Part shown: positions 8,284-18,389 of the stretch, one piece after another
How positions within the stretch are numbered: the first letter of the stretch is position 1
How the letters are laid out: each line of letters begins with the position of its first letter
Assembly (NCBI GenBank): GCA_964218365.1
Contig: CAXPMI010000041.1
Coordinates: 1,825 to 65,824, forward strand
Reading direction: 5' to 3'
DNA length: 64,000 nt
From: Candidatus Poseidoniaceae archaeon
GTDB taxonomy: Archaea > Thermoplasmatota > Poseidoniia > Poseidoniales > Poseidoniaceae
Made by a program: the position numbers and the translations under genes
The notes under the pieces: generated by a model
What the model saw: the letters and a program-made list of their open reading frames with translations, nothing else
What the model was told of the DNA's origin: nothing
Databases searched by the model: none

Positions 8284-11200
8284 TTGGCGGGCCTGAATAT
8301 GTTGAGCGAGGTAGTCGTAGCGAAGACCCAACTGTCGATGGAGGCAGTTCCCGCAGGTCAAGCTATGCCAGATTGGTTGATCTCTTCCTTAGTAGAAGGT
8401 AAGCGATTGATGGTTATTCATCCGTCTGAACAATGTAGAAAGCAGTCCATTGAGATGCTGCATGAACTAGGTGGTGGAAAAGCAATTGATACATCTCACC
8501 ACTTGACAATTAATCGGTTAGTCGGCATTCTACACGTCGACCTTCGCCTCCCAGTATTACTTTCAGATGATGGAATTTTGTTTGAGAAAACCCATCGGGC
8601 CTTGAATGAAGAAGCATCCGGAGAAACCTTTTCGGATATTCTTTCAAGTCCCAATCAAAAGTGGTCTCGCTCGAGAACTCGAAGACTACTATCACTCTAC
8701 AAGGAGTTGACAAAACTCAAGAGACCGTGGGACTGGCAGGACGATCCAGGGGCAAGAACTTGTGATAAGGTACTACAAGCGATGGAATCAAAATTGCAAG
8801 CAACACACCCACTTCGTCTGAAAAGAATCGTTTGGCAAACTCTGAAGGAAACGGAGAAAATACCGTTTACAATATCTGATGTTGAAGGTATCATAATGTT
8901 GGACCACCCTTCCAATATCACAGAGGTTGAAATAGAAATCATTAGAGAAATATCGAGATTAAAACCCGTTCACCAATTGGTGAATCCTGGCTCACATAGG
9001 CTTGGTTACCATGGTGAATATATCGAAGATATCTCAACAACAAGAAGGAATGAGGACCTACCAAAATGGGTACCGCCTCATGATGTTTGGGCTCCAAGAT
9101 CACTCCCGGGATGGTCATCACCCATTTCTGAAAAACGAAACAGAGAAATCAATCACTTGATGTGTGAATCCAATAGCCAGACTCATCTGGCTTTAGCAAG
9201 TATCCTAAGTCAAATCGAGGGAGATGTTGTCGTAGTTACAGGCGATGTAGAGAGCCTGAATTTTCGGCTTGGACCCTATCTCCATTCAATCGGATATCAT
9301 TCCAAAGGAGAATCGGTGAAGGTAAGGGATACCAGTGGAGTAGCACGATTGCTTTCGATTGCCGAAATCTCTAGAGGACAAGAGGCGTGGTCTCTAAACA
9401 ATCTAACACAGTTATGGAACCAAATCGAATTACCAATGCTTTGGGATATATTTGATTTGCAACATCCAGTTCATCAAGATTGGAAACCAAGGCTGCATCC
9501 AGAAATCCTTTCAGAAATAGCGAGAGGTTTCCATCTACTTGGTGGGAGAGGTGCATTGAGAAGATGGCAGTCCACATTGAATACTGCAAGGCCAAGGGCC
9601 GGCGTCAATACAAAGCAAAGAGAACAAAAACTAGAGGAATGCCAATGGTGGATATCTTGCATTTCGAATTGGCTATACCCAACATTGTCAGGTTATGATA
9701 AAAAAGACGTGACCAGAGAATTAATTGGATGTTCTTCAGGAGAACAACTTCCCCTCCCAAACCAGCCAAAAGACGTGATAGGTTGGATTAATTCTTGTCT
9801 GAATCAAATAGATTGGGCGACCCTAGCATCACGGGATGAATTGTTTTCCAGTACTTTACCGGGCTTGCAGAATTTCACTGCCTCAATCAACAGGCTAAAA
9901 GAAGAAAATATTGAATTAAACTCTGAAGATTTCATTGAAATTTTGGATTTAGTTACTTCACATGATGAGATAAAAGGCAGTTCATCAAGTGATAACGGAA
10001 TCAAGATTCTCTCTCCTTCCCAAGCATATGGGATTCAAGCGGAGTATCTTATCCTGTGCGATATAGACGCAGAATCTTGGTCGATGAAGACCCCGCAAGT
10101 ACCTTGGTTGGATGAAGGCACTAGAATGAAAATAGGCCTGCATAGGCCTGATGAACCATTAAGGGTAGCAAGACATCAACTCAGACATTTTCTCAATTGT
10201 TCACAATACGTTGTGATCATTGATTCCAGTATCGAAGAGGGTATTGAACTCACAGGGCCATTAGATGAATGGTTCAATGAAATATCCAAAGATGGTGGCA
10301 TAAATAGCCTGAACGAAGCACCTAGTTATCTCGACTCTAGTCAATGGAGCCCCGAGACAGTCGATAGGTCCTGGGAATGGAAGATTGTTCGTAACCAATC
10401 GAAATTAGTCTACCGGGTAGCGTCGATGGAAATCGAAAAATCCGTAGTCAGAACTCACAGAAGTGGTTTCTTAGGCCGTGATGAAATACAGCGAGCAGGC
10501 TTAGCATCGATAGAATCTCGCAAGCCAAAACTTCAGCCTCTTAATCCAAATGGGCTAATTGTCGCTTCCGAAACTGAGGTACTGAGCGATCAACTATCAA
10601 GAAGAAGAACGGGTGACGATTTAGGGATTGGCCAAATTCATCCTTTCGCTAGTGCATCACAAAGAGTACTATCATCCGACATGAAATTACTTCCAACGAA
10701 AACGAAGCCAGCTGATGCCAGAGATTCAGAAGTATGGCCACATCTGGGGATAATGGGGAAAAAGGGCCTTGGAATTCCAATCGATCCGAGGCCGATTCAA
10801 CCTCCATCTACTACTTTGAAAGAGTTAGATGAAATCACTGGACGAAGTATGATAAAACTCAATTTACCAAAGGTTTGGTCACAAGGAAGACTCCAATCAT
10901 GGCTCGAATGTCCTCGCAGAGCATGGTTTGAGAAACACATGTATCTTGGAGACAGTGACCAAATGGAGGAAGATTTGGCAGCATCAACTCGTGGAAACAT
11001 CGTCCACGTTGTAGAAGAAGCAATTCTTCGAGCACACGGGCTTGACGAGAATGGTGTAGCACCTACTCCTTTTCCACTCTTTGCAGGTAGTTTAGGTAGT
11101 GTAGAAAATGCTTGGCAAATCGCTTTGGAGACTCTAGCGGAAAATGCAACATGGATGCAAAGAGAAGACGGCATTTCTGCGCATCGTTGCAGAGATTTGA

Positions 11201-11976
11201 TTGGGGTCAGTCCAATTCAATGGAAAGAGTGGCTAGAACATAGTACACCGATTCCAATAGGTGGAAGAATCGGGCGAATGATTGAGAGTGATTTTGCTCT
11301 AACCAACGTAGCACCAATCGCAACAGAGTGGGAACTTTCAGGTGAAGATGGTAAGCATGTAAGAATTGAATTACCAGAATCATCTGAAGATTCATTCCTC
11401 CTTCGTGGTCGTATTGATAGGGTTGATCAATTAGTCAACATTGGCACCGAAGAATCAGAAACTCAGGAAATTGTTCCATTAGATTTCAATTTAGATGAAC
11501 CTCCAAAATCTAACCGCTTGATTATTCTCAGAGATATCAAATCAATAGATGGCGCAAAAGATAATGGCGACAGTGAAAGGCACTTGAAGGGGATATTCAA
11601 TGAACTACAATTGGCTTTGTACGCAAGAGCCTGGGAGGTAGCAAATCCTGGAGACAGAGTGATCGGCGTAGGTGCAACTCAGGTAGGTAATCAAACCCAG
11701 CATTATGTTGAAATCGATCCAGAATATTTCGATTTATGCACCCAACTAAACGTTGGGATTGTAGGCGGAGACACACATGGACATTACAGGATGCCTGGTA
11801 ATTCAAAGGATGAGAAATCAAACCCATTCAGAGCTTGGATGAGAGAAAGAATCACTACAGCAATTCGTGTAATCAAGAGTGCAAAATCCGGCAATATCCA
11901 TCCTGAACCTTCACGCATGTGCAAATACTGTCCAATTAGTGACGCTTGTCCAAGCGCCCAAAGAGGTGGTTGGTGA
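8284..11976 (+). CDS. addB: AddB-like subunit: degenerate helicase-like body plus C-terminal RecB-family (PD-(D/E)XK) nuclease with iron-staple cysteines
   Basis: 1230 aa (TTG 8284; in-frame ATG at 8299). I found no GK[ST] Walker A. Nuclease motifs GNIVHVVEE, GRIDRVD, ILRDIKS, QLALYARAW. Cys in WLECPRRAW plus terminal CKYCPISDAC (C-x2-C-x5-C). Its stop overlaps the next gene's ATG. Confidence 0.75.
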   Translation: MAGLNMLSEVVVAKTQLSMEAVPAGQAMPDWLISSLVEGKRLMVIHPSEQCRKQSIEMLHELGGGKAIDTSHHLTINRLVGILHVDLRLPVLLSDDGILFEKTHRALNEEASGETFSDILSSPNQKWSRSRTRRLLSLYKELTKLKRPWDWQDDPGARTCDKVLQAMESKLQATHPLRLKRIVWQTLKETEKIPFTISDVEGIIMLDHPSNITEVEIEIIREISRLKPVHQLVNPGSHRLGYHGEYIEDISTTRRNEDLPKWVPPHDVWAPRSLPGWSSPISEKRNREINHLMCESNSQTHLALASILSQIEGDVVVVTGDVESLNFRLGPYLHSIGYHSKGESVKVRDTSGVARLLSIAEISRGQEAWSLNNLTQLWNQIELPMLWDIFDLQHPVHQDWKPRLHPEILSEIARGFHLLGGRGALRRWQSTLNTARPRAGVNTKQREQKLEECQWWISCISNWLYPTLSGYDKKDVTRELIGCSSGEQLPLPNQPKDVIGWINSCLNQIDWATLASRDELFSSTLPGLQNFTASINRLKEENIELNSEDFIEILDLVTSHDEIKGSSSSDNGIKILSPSQAYGIQAEYLILCDIDAESWSMKTPQVPWLDEGTRMKIGLHRPDEPLRVARHQLRHFLNCSQYVVIIDSSIEEGIELTGPLDEWFNEISKDGGINSLNEAPSYLDSSQWSPETVDRSWEWKIVRNQSKLVYRVASMEIEKSVVRTHRSGFLGRDEIQRAGLASIESRKPKLQPLNPNGLIVASETEVLSDQLSRRRTGDDLGIGQIHPFASASQRVLSSDMKLLPTKTKPADARDSEVWPHLGIMGKKGLGIPIDPRPIQPPSTTLKELDEITGRSMIKLNLPKVWSQGRLQSWLECPRRAWFEKHMYLGDSDQMEEDLAASTRGNIVHVVEEAILRAHGLDENGVAPTPFPLFAGSLGSVENAWQIALETLAENATWMQREDGISAHRCRDLIGVSPIQWKEWLEHSTPIPIGGRIGRMIESDFALTNVAPIATEWELSGEDGKHVRIELPESSEDSFLLRGRIDRVDQLVNIGTEESETQEIVPLDFNLDEPPKSNRLIILRDIKSIDGAKDNGDSERHLKGIFNELQLALYARAWEVANPGDRVIGVGATQVGNQTQHYVEIDPEYFDLCTQLNVGIVGGDTHGHYRMPGNSKDEKSNPFRAWMRERITTAIRVIKSAKSGNIHPEPSRMCKYCPISDACPSAQRGGW

Positions 11977-14900
11977 TGATTGAATTCAATGTCTCACAGA
12001 GTCTTGGTTTGGATATCAATCGACATATTGCAATAGATGCGGGAGCGGGTACTGGAAAGACCACTGTTATGGCTAGCAGATATCTGCAGCATCTCTTATC
12101 GGCAGACCAAAGAGCAACTCGGATTTTGCCTTCAGCTCCTAGAATCCCTTTGAAGGGAATGGGTGCAATTAGAGTACCATCTAAAGAAAGAACAGACCTA
12201 GAGGATTGGCAAGGACTGTTGCCTACTGAAACAGTTGCTATTACCTTCACAAAGAAAGCAGCAGCAGAATTGAAGGGTCGCATTAGAAGATTGATTGCAA
12301 ATTTAGATTCAGAATCAGAAAATCGTTTGACCAAACAAGGGGATGTAGCAATGCTATTATCGCTAGTCGATGACGCTCCTATTTCAACAATAGACTCGTT
12401 TTTGTCTTCGATTGTATCTCCGTGGATGGGATTGGTTTGTGAGGACCCCACCAGTGAGCAGTTAGAGGAAGATGGTGCTGTATTCCTGAGAGATGAGGCA
12501 ATTAGGACAGCATGGAGGCTGCAGAGAGGGTTAGAAGGTAAAGAGGTAGGAATGTCTGGCGACATTGAAGCCTTCCTCGAATCACGAGATAGACTCTCAG
12601 TACTACTCGGTGGCCAGGACTCATCTGCGAAAGTCGTCAAGGGTATGCTTAAGCGTTCTCTGTTCGTTGAAGAAGCCTCTAGGAAATTACAATTGAGCGC
12701 TGATGGCAGTCTTCAGGCTGAATCTTTAAATCAATTATTTTTGCAATCTGTGGCGAATTTTATCGACGATTGGTATCAATCATTCAGGGTACATGTCTGC
12801 GGTTGGGTAGACGCTTGGCTTGATGCAGGTGCTGCGTTTGTAATCGGAGCCGATGAACCCGTGGGAATGACTCGGTTCCGCTATGTTCAGTTCTTGAGCA
12901 CTCTAGAGCCCGAAGAACAAATTGAGAAATTACAGTGGATTTGGTTGGTATCTCACGCCGTTACAACGGCTTCCAACCTCAAAGATATAAATTGTAAATC
13001 TCTTTACAGAGCTAGGCCGCCAAAAGGTAACGGATGGCCTTCAGGCATTATGACAAAAGGAAACTGCCCTCTTCAAAATTCGGTTAAAGATATGATATCG
13101 GCGAATGCAGAATCCTATGCAGATTCTATCAGAATGATGTTACATACACCGATAGGATTGCTGATTAGGATTTTAGGGCAGTCATCTCATCTACTGAATC
13201 CTCAGATTTCTGACCCTGAACCGGTGCCCGGCCAAACAGCATATCCTCCTCGATTGGGTATTGATTTACCTCAAACTCCACCTTCACTAGAAATGAGGTT
13301 AACCACCGAATTAGAACTTCAAGTCGTTCGTGATTTGTTTATTGTGAACGCAGGGGTAGGAGAGATTTTGTCTCGATTGAAGTCTCAGGAGGGAGTTAGA
13401 GACCACGATGACATGCATCGATTGGCTGAAGATTTACTCCTAACTAGATGCCCATCTGTCTGCAGAGGATGGTATCCGAAATCTGTAGTTGACGCTTTGG
13501 ATTCTTTAGGGGAAAAACCATGGCAAGATGGGCATTTATTCCGTGCAATAAGCGCAAGTCAAGGCAATGAAGAAGTTCACAAAGATTTGATGCGAAGAAT
13601 AGGAATTCTCAGAGATTTGAGAAGACAATATCGGGCATTTATTATAGACGAGTACCAAGATACAAATCCTCAGCATTTCAGACTTTTAGCCAGGCTTTGG
13701 GGAAGAAGGAGATTGGAAGAAGGTGAACCTGCACCACCCGCCTCTGAATGGGACCCTACAATCTGCATTGTCGGCGATATGAAGCAATCGATCTATCGAT
13801 TTAGGCAAGCAGAAGTTACTGTTATGCGTAGGGCTGTTGCCGCAATTAGGGAAATGAATAGAGAAGAGTCGGCGATGGAGAATCGTACCGATTCGTTGAG
13901 GAGGCCAGACTTTGCAAAAGACCCAAGAGTGGTAAAGTCAATGTCATTCAACAAAGGAACTGAAATTAAAAATAAGGGTCAAGGAAGAAGGGAATGGATA
14001 CCTTTCTTAGAAAGCGATGATGGAGAAAATGTACCTCATGAATCTCTAATTCGACGCAGAGAAGGGCATATTGAAATGTCGACCAATCACAGAACTTTAG
14101 CTAAATTGATGAATACAATGAACGTGATTTTCCAAGATACATTTTCTCAAAGACATCACTTACTGCCTGGGCCTTGGCACGCTGAACCTCAAGATTTGAA
14201 CCCTGCTAGAGATTCTGAGAGGGTCGCAAAATTGGAGTGGGTACTTCCTGCAAGAACCGGAGTTGGCCCAAGGCCACTCGAGATGGGCACAGGTATCGAC
14301 CCATTCCAGTTTGATGGCTCTGATGATAGAGAACTCACTGCAAACTTACTCGCAAAGAGAATTGCAGCACTTGTTGATGGTAAATCAGCTCGAATATACA
14401 ATTCCAATGAAAAATCTTGGATCGATGTAAGCGAGGATAGGATCTACCGCCCAGAAGACATCATGATTCTAGTTGCATCTCATGCAAGGGTTCCCCTTTT
14501 GGTCAAAGCTCTAGATGAACACGGTGTTCCAGCAATTGCTGGTAAGCAAGGTTTGCTGATGTTTAGACCAGCAATTCAAACATTGATGTCACTTCTTTGG
14601 TTAATGACCTCTCCGTATAACAAGACTGCTGCGTTAGCAGTAACCCGTTCAGCAATCGTAGGAATGAACGATTCAGAAGTAATTACATACTTCCAAAAAA
14701 ATGAGGGAAATCATCTCAGCAATCTAGCAAAATACGCACCAACCGATGAAGCAAAATCTCTTTTCCAGAGGTTGAATTATTTTGTTGAGAATGGCAAGGT
14801 TAGGAAAGCGATAGACGTAGCAATAGACCATTCTGATTTATTGTATGCATTCCCAAGAGAGGGAGACCGGCAGGATGTTGAAAATTGGCTTTCGATGTAT

Positions 14901-16754
14901 GATAGAATCTCAGATGGTTGCGGTGGAGATGCTGCATTGGTTTTCAATCAACTCAGGGAATTAAGGAATCTGGAAAAAGATGGCCCAAAAAGCAGTTCAT
15001 CGGGTACCGGAGGCGCAGTTCAAATCATGACAATTCACGGCTCTAAAGGTCTTGAAGCACCAGTAGTGGTAGCCTATGACATATTTGCCACTGGAACAAG
15101 AGATTCATCGTTCTCATCATCGGATAACGTCCTTGTAACGCCCGATATTATTGCAGGTAGAATACATCCTTGGCGTGGCATTAGTAAGCCAAAGAGCGGC
15201 CTATGGACAGTTGCCCATTTATTCGATGATGGGCAACAGAGAGCGGAGAGAAGAAGGCAATTCTACGTCGCTTTGACTAGAGCCAGAGACCGCCTAATTA
15301 TCGCAGGTACTCCAAGCGAAGGTGCTGTAGTTGATGAAAATGAAAGAATCAGCTTCAAACGAGGAAAAGGTCGTCAAAACATGGGCTATATGTTCCTCGA
15401 TGGACTAGCTTACGCTAGCATCAATTCAGGAAATGGAGGATGTGCTTGGTCGCAAGGAGGGCTTGAGCAAGAAGGTAATACAATTGCACTAAATCCAGGT
15501 GAGTTAATCGGGCAATCCTATCTCGGAGATGGTTGCGTTGAGGGCATTTCCATATTCCACCATCCCGACTGCTTTGAGCAAAGCCAGAACATCGCAATAG
15601 TGGAATCTTGGAGGGAAAGGCTAGAGTTGGCAAAGAGCCCAGTCGGACTTGAAGATACTAGAGAATTGCGAAAAATCTCTTGTTCGGTTCCGATGGCATC
15701 ACATGGTTTAGACGCCGCTTGGTCCTGTAGAAGGCGTCATTGGCTTACAAACAAAATGAACTGGAATGCAGAGCGGTTCGACTTAATCGCTGATGAATTC
15801 CAGGAAGGAAAGTGGCCTAGTGCTGCAGAATTTGGTTCACTATTCCACAGGCTACTAGAGATTGGTTTGGCTAATCCTGGTTCCACAACTAAAGACCTCG
15901 ATACCAAGTGGACAGAGTCACAAAGCGATAATTTGACAGATTCCAAAACGATAGAAGAAGTAATGGCTCAATCCACTATTTCCGAGGAAGATGTTCTTGA
16001 AAGAACAAAATTACGACTATTGCACTTAGGAAAATTAGCAAGAAACGGGGCTTTAGGAAGACTCGTTGCTAGTGAAAAATATGACGGATTTGTAGTGGAG
16101 GGGTTGAGGACTGAATTGCCGTTTTACCTGTCGCTTGAACACAAACCAAAAGGTCTCCACAGAACTTCATGGAGTCCTCGTGGGGAGTTTGTTATATCAG
16201 AAATTGAAGCGATAAAATCCATTTTCAACGGTAGGGCTGATTTAGTGTTAGCACTCAGAGATGATGATGGCCAAGGTTGGCTTCAAGTCGTGGATGCTAA
16301 GACAAAACAGTGTTTGTACGGGTTTAATCCTTCAAACCCACTAGAAGGGAATGATCTGCAAATTTCCTTGGATGAGGATTCTCCCTATCCTGCTACGGAA
16401 GCAGAGGAAGAAATTCTCCAAGAACATAGGTTACAACTGACACTTTACAGTATTGCGCTTGAAGTTGGAGAGATGGCAAAGCCAGTAGAAGAGAGAAGGA
16501 GGATTTTGCCTCCTGCAATACAAGTATCAGCATCTGGCAGAATGATTAGGATGCGTGACGAAGAATTCGAATTAGCCAAGCGAGATTTGGATTCGTTAAT
16601 ACAATGGTCTGGAGAAGTGTCGGTTGCAGATGAAGGGAAAGAAGCACCAAAGAGGCTTCCTGTTGAACAAAAATCTACGTGTGAAAAATGCCCGTTCTAC
16701 ACTGGCACAATCAAGTTATGTGGCCCTATTGGTGAGAAGCTCGGCCCATCATGA
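11976..16754 (+). CDS. addA: AddA-like subunit: SF1A UvrD/Rep-type helicase fused to a C-terminal RecB-family nuclease
   Basis: Start at ATG 11976 (TGATG overlap, GAGGTGG box upstream). Helicase motifs: I DAGAGTGKTT, Ia ITFTKKAAAELKGRI, II IIDEYQDTNP, III VGDMKQSIYRFRQA, IV STNHRT, V TIHGSKGLEAP, VI YVALTRARDRLIIAG. Nuclease motifs: FGSLFHRLLE, GRADLVL, VVDAKTK, QLTLYSIAL, CEKCPFYTGTIKLC. Confidence 0.85.
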   Translation: MIEFNVSQSLGLDINRHIAIDAGAGTGKTTVMASRYLQHLLSADQRATRILPSAPRIPLKGMGAIRVPSKERTDLEDWQGLLPTETVAITFTKKAAAELKGRIRRLIANLDSESENRLTKQGDVAMLLSLVDDAPISTIDSFLSSIVSPWMGLVCEDPTSEQLEEDGAVFLRDEAIRTAWRLQRGLEGKEVGMSGDIEAFLESRDRLSVLLGGQDSSAKVVKGMLKRSLFVEEASRKLQLSADGSLQAESLNQLFLQSVANFIDDWYQSFRVHVCGWVDAWLDAGAAFVIGADEPVGMTRFRYVQFLSTLEPEEQIEKLQWIWLVSHAVTTASNLKDINCKSLYRARPPKGNGWPSGIMTKGNCPLQNSVKDMISANAESYADSIRMMLHTPIGLLIRILGQSSHLLNPQISDPEPVPGQTAYPPRLGIDLPQTPPSLEMRLTTELELQVVRDLFIVNAGVGEILSRLKSQEGVRDHDDMHRLAEDLLLTRCPSVCRGWYPKSVVDALDSLGEKPWQDGHLFRAISASQGNEEVHKDLMRRIGILRDLRRQYRAFIIDEYQDTNPQHFRLLARLWGRRRLEEGEPAPPASEWDPTICIVGDMKQSIYRFRQAEVTVMRRAVAAIREMNREESAMENRTDSLRRPDFAKDPRVVKSMSFNKGTEIKNKGQGRREWIPFLESDDGENVPHESLIRRREGHIEMSTNHRTLAKLMNTMNVIFQDTFSQRHHLLPGPWHAEPQDLNPARDSERVAKLEWVLPARTGVGPRPLEMGTGIDPFQFDGSDDRELTANLLAKRIAALVDGKSARIYNSNEKSWIDVSEDRIYRPEDIMILVASHARVPLLVKALDEHGVPAIAGKQGLLMFRPAIQTLMSLLWLMTSPYNKTAALAVTRSAIVGMNDSEVITYFQKNEGNHLSNLAKYAPTDEAKSLFQRLNYFVENGKVRKAIDVAIDHSDLLYAFPREGDRQDVENWLSMYDRISDGCGGDAALVFNQLRELRNLEKDGPKSSSSGTGGAVQIMTIHGSKGLEAPVVVAYDIFATGTRDSSFSSSDNVLVTPDIIAGRIHPWRGISKPKSGLWTVAHLFDDGQQRAERRRQFYVALTRARDRLIIAGTPSEGAVVDENERISFKRGKGRQNMGYMFLDGLAYASINSGNGGCAWSQGGLEQEGNTIALNPGELIGQSYLGDGCVEGISIFHHPDCFEQSQNIAIVESWRERLELAKSPVGLEDTRELRKISCSVPMASHGLDAAWSCRRRHWLTNKMNWNAERFDLIADEFQEGKWPSAAEFGSLFHRLLEIGLANPGSTTKDLDTKWTESQSDNLTDSKTIEEVMAQSTISEEDVLERTKLRLLHLGKLARNGALGRLVASEKYDGFVVEGLRTELPFYLSLEHKPKGLHRTSWSPRGEFVISEIEAIKSIFNGRADLVLALRDDDGQGWLQVVDAKTKQCLYGFNPSNPLEGNDLQISLDEDSPYPATEAEEEILQEHRLQLTLYSIALEVGEMAKPVEERRRILPPAIQVSASGRMIRMRDEEFELAKRDLDSLIQWSGEVSVADEGKEAPKRLPVEQKSTCEKCPFYTGTIKLCGPIGEKLGPS

Positions 16755-17346
16755 CTAGGGTTCCCGGGAAATTCTCTTTTCCAGCAACCTGATGAATCTC
16801 AACATCTTTGAATCCAGCATTAATCATTGCAGACTTCCAGTCATCGATAGATAGTGTTGTCATATGGACTCCAACATATTCTGGCCATGTGAGAGATTCT
16901 TCATGCTCTAGATAATGGTCTACACCTGCGACTAGGATTCCGTTTTCCTCCAACCACTCATCGTGAATAATCGAAATCATTCTAGCAGGGTCCTCGAGAT
17001 AATACAAGAATTCCATGGTATGCACTAGGTCAAACCTTCTACCTGGGCTCCAATCAGGAAGTAGTCCCTGAGAGTATTTGTGAGTCGAATCCTTTGATTT
17101 CGCTTTGTTTATCATTTCATTAGAGCCATCAACACCTTCGCTGTGGCCTGCTCCAAGTTCACTAAGCATTCGGGTTACCCAACCATTTCCACAACCGAGG
17201 TCAATAGCTGAAAAGCCGTTATTCAATTTTGGAATCGCCAACTCCAACATTGCTTGGACAGAAGCAGCATGTCCCCTTTCCATGCCCTCATCCTTGCCAA
17301 TTAGCGCCCATTGTGAGAAGACGTCTACAGCCGCTTTTTTCTCCAT
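16726..17346 (-). CDS. Class I SAM-dependent methyltransferase
   Basis: Motif I IDLGCGNGW, post-I EGVDGS. 206 aa. 29-nt convergent overlap with the addA-like 3' end. Confidence 0.75.
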   Translation of the reverse strand: MEKKAAVDVFSQWALIGKDEGMERGHAASVQAMLELAIPKLNNGFSAIDLGCGNGWVTRMLSELGAGHSEGVDGSNEMINKAKSKDSTHKYSQGLLPDWSPGRRFDLVHTMEFLYYLEDPARMISIIHDEWLEENGILVAGVDHYLEHEESLTWPEYVGVHMTTLSIDDWKSAMINAGFKDVEIHQVAGKENFPGTLVMMGRASHQ

Positions 17347-17426
17347 GGATATTGCGAGTTGAAGGCCGTCAATAAATCGTGCGGATTCATCGAAAGGAAC
17401 ATGTTCTGTTTATCTTTGCGCAATCT

Positions 17427-18389
17427 ATGCAAATCACTACACAAACCATTGACGAAGTACTCTATCCCAATATTGAGGCTTACAGTACAGGGTTTCTCGA
17501 GGTCTCAAAACTTCACACAATTGCATGGGAGCGATGTGGCAATCCAGACGGTATTCCAGTTATCGTTATTCATGGTGGACCGGGTGGAGGAAGTCAGCCA
17601 TCATACCGCAGATATTTCGACCCGATGAAGTTCGATATAATCCAATTTGACCAGCGTGGATGTGGAAAATCCACGCCTTATGCAGAGTTGGAGGACAACA
17701 ATACACATGCTTCAGTCTCAGATTTAGAGAAGTTGAGAGAACATTTCGGTATTGAAAAGTGGCACGTTTTTGGAGGGTCTTGGGGTTCAACTCTATCCCT
17801 AATTTATGCTCAAAATCACCCTTCTCGTGTTCTCAGTTTAACACTTAGAGGGATTTTCATGTGTCGAAAAAGCGAGCTACACTGGTTTTACCAAGATGGA
17901 GCAAGTCACGTATTTCCAGATGCTTTTGAACCATACCGTGACCACATTCCTTTCGAAGAACAAGGCGATCTAATCAAAGCCTATTATGCTAGGCTAACCA
18001 GTGATGATGTGGATGTTAGAAGAGGTGCAGCAAGGGAATGGACACGTTGGGAAATGGCAACAAGTAGGTTATTCCCTGACCCGGAGTATCTTGACAAAGC
18101 GGAAGATTTGGACTTTGCAGTAGCATTTGCGAGAATCGAATGCCATTATTTCATCAACGCAATATTTGTTGAAGAAGCATATATTCTCAATCATGCAGCA
18201 AAGATTCAGCACATTCCAACAACGATTGTACAGGGGCGCTATGACATGGTTTGCCCCCCTCGAAGTGCGTGGCAATTGCACAAGGCCCTTCCCGACAGTA
18301 ATCTGGTAATGGTTGGGGATGCAGGCCACTCTATGGGAGAGGTTAGCATTGCAAGGGAATTAGTTGCGGCTACCGATGCGATTCAATGA
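17427..18389 (+). CDS. pip: Proline iminopeptidase (alpha/beta hydrolase)
   Basis: HGGPGGG, nucleophile elbow GGSWGSTL, C-terminal GDAGHS. Start trimmed to ATG 17427 (MQITTQTIDEVLYPNIEAY matches the usual N-terminus). Confidence 0.85.
   Translation: MQITTQTIDEVLYPNIEAYSTGFLEVSKLHTIAWERCGNPDGIPVIVIHGGPGGGSQPSYRRYFDPMKFDIIQFDQRGCGKSTPYAELEDNNTHASVSDLEKLREHFGIEKWHVFGGSWGSTLSLIYAQNHPSRVLSLTLRGIFMCRKSELHWFYQDGASHVFPDAFEPYRDHIPFEEQGDLIKAYYARLTSDDVDVRRGAAREWTRWEMATSRLFPDPEYLDKAEDLDFAVAFARIECHYFINAIFVEEAYILNHAAKIQHIPTTIVQGRYDMVCPPRSAWQLHKALPDSNLVMVGDAGHSMGEVSIARELVAATDAIQ

Noticed and set aside
11936-12640. 234-aa ORF antisense to the addB/addA junction
   Set aside because: It overlaps helicase motifs I-Ib of the sense gene and has low-complexity Ser-rich sequence. 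Shadow ORF.
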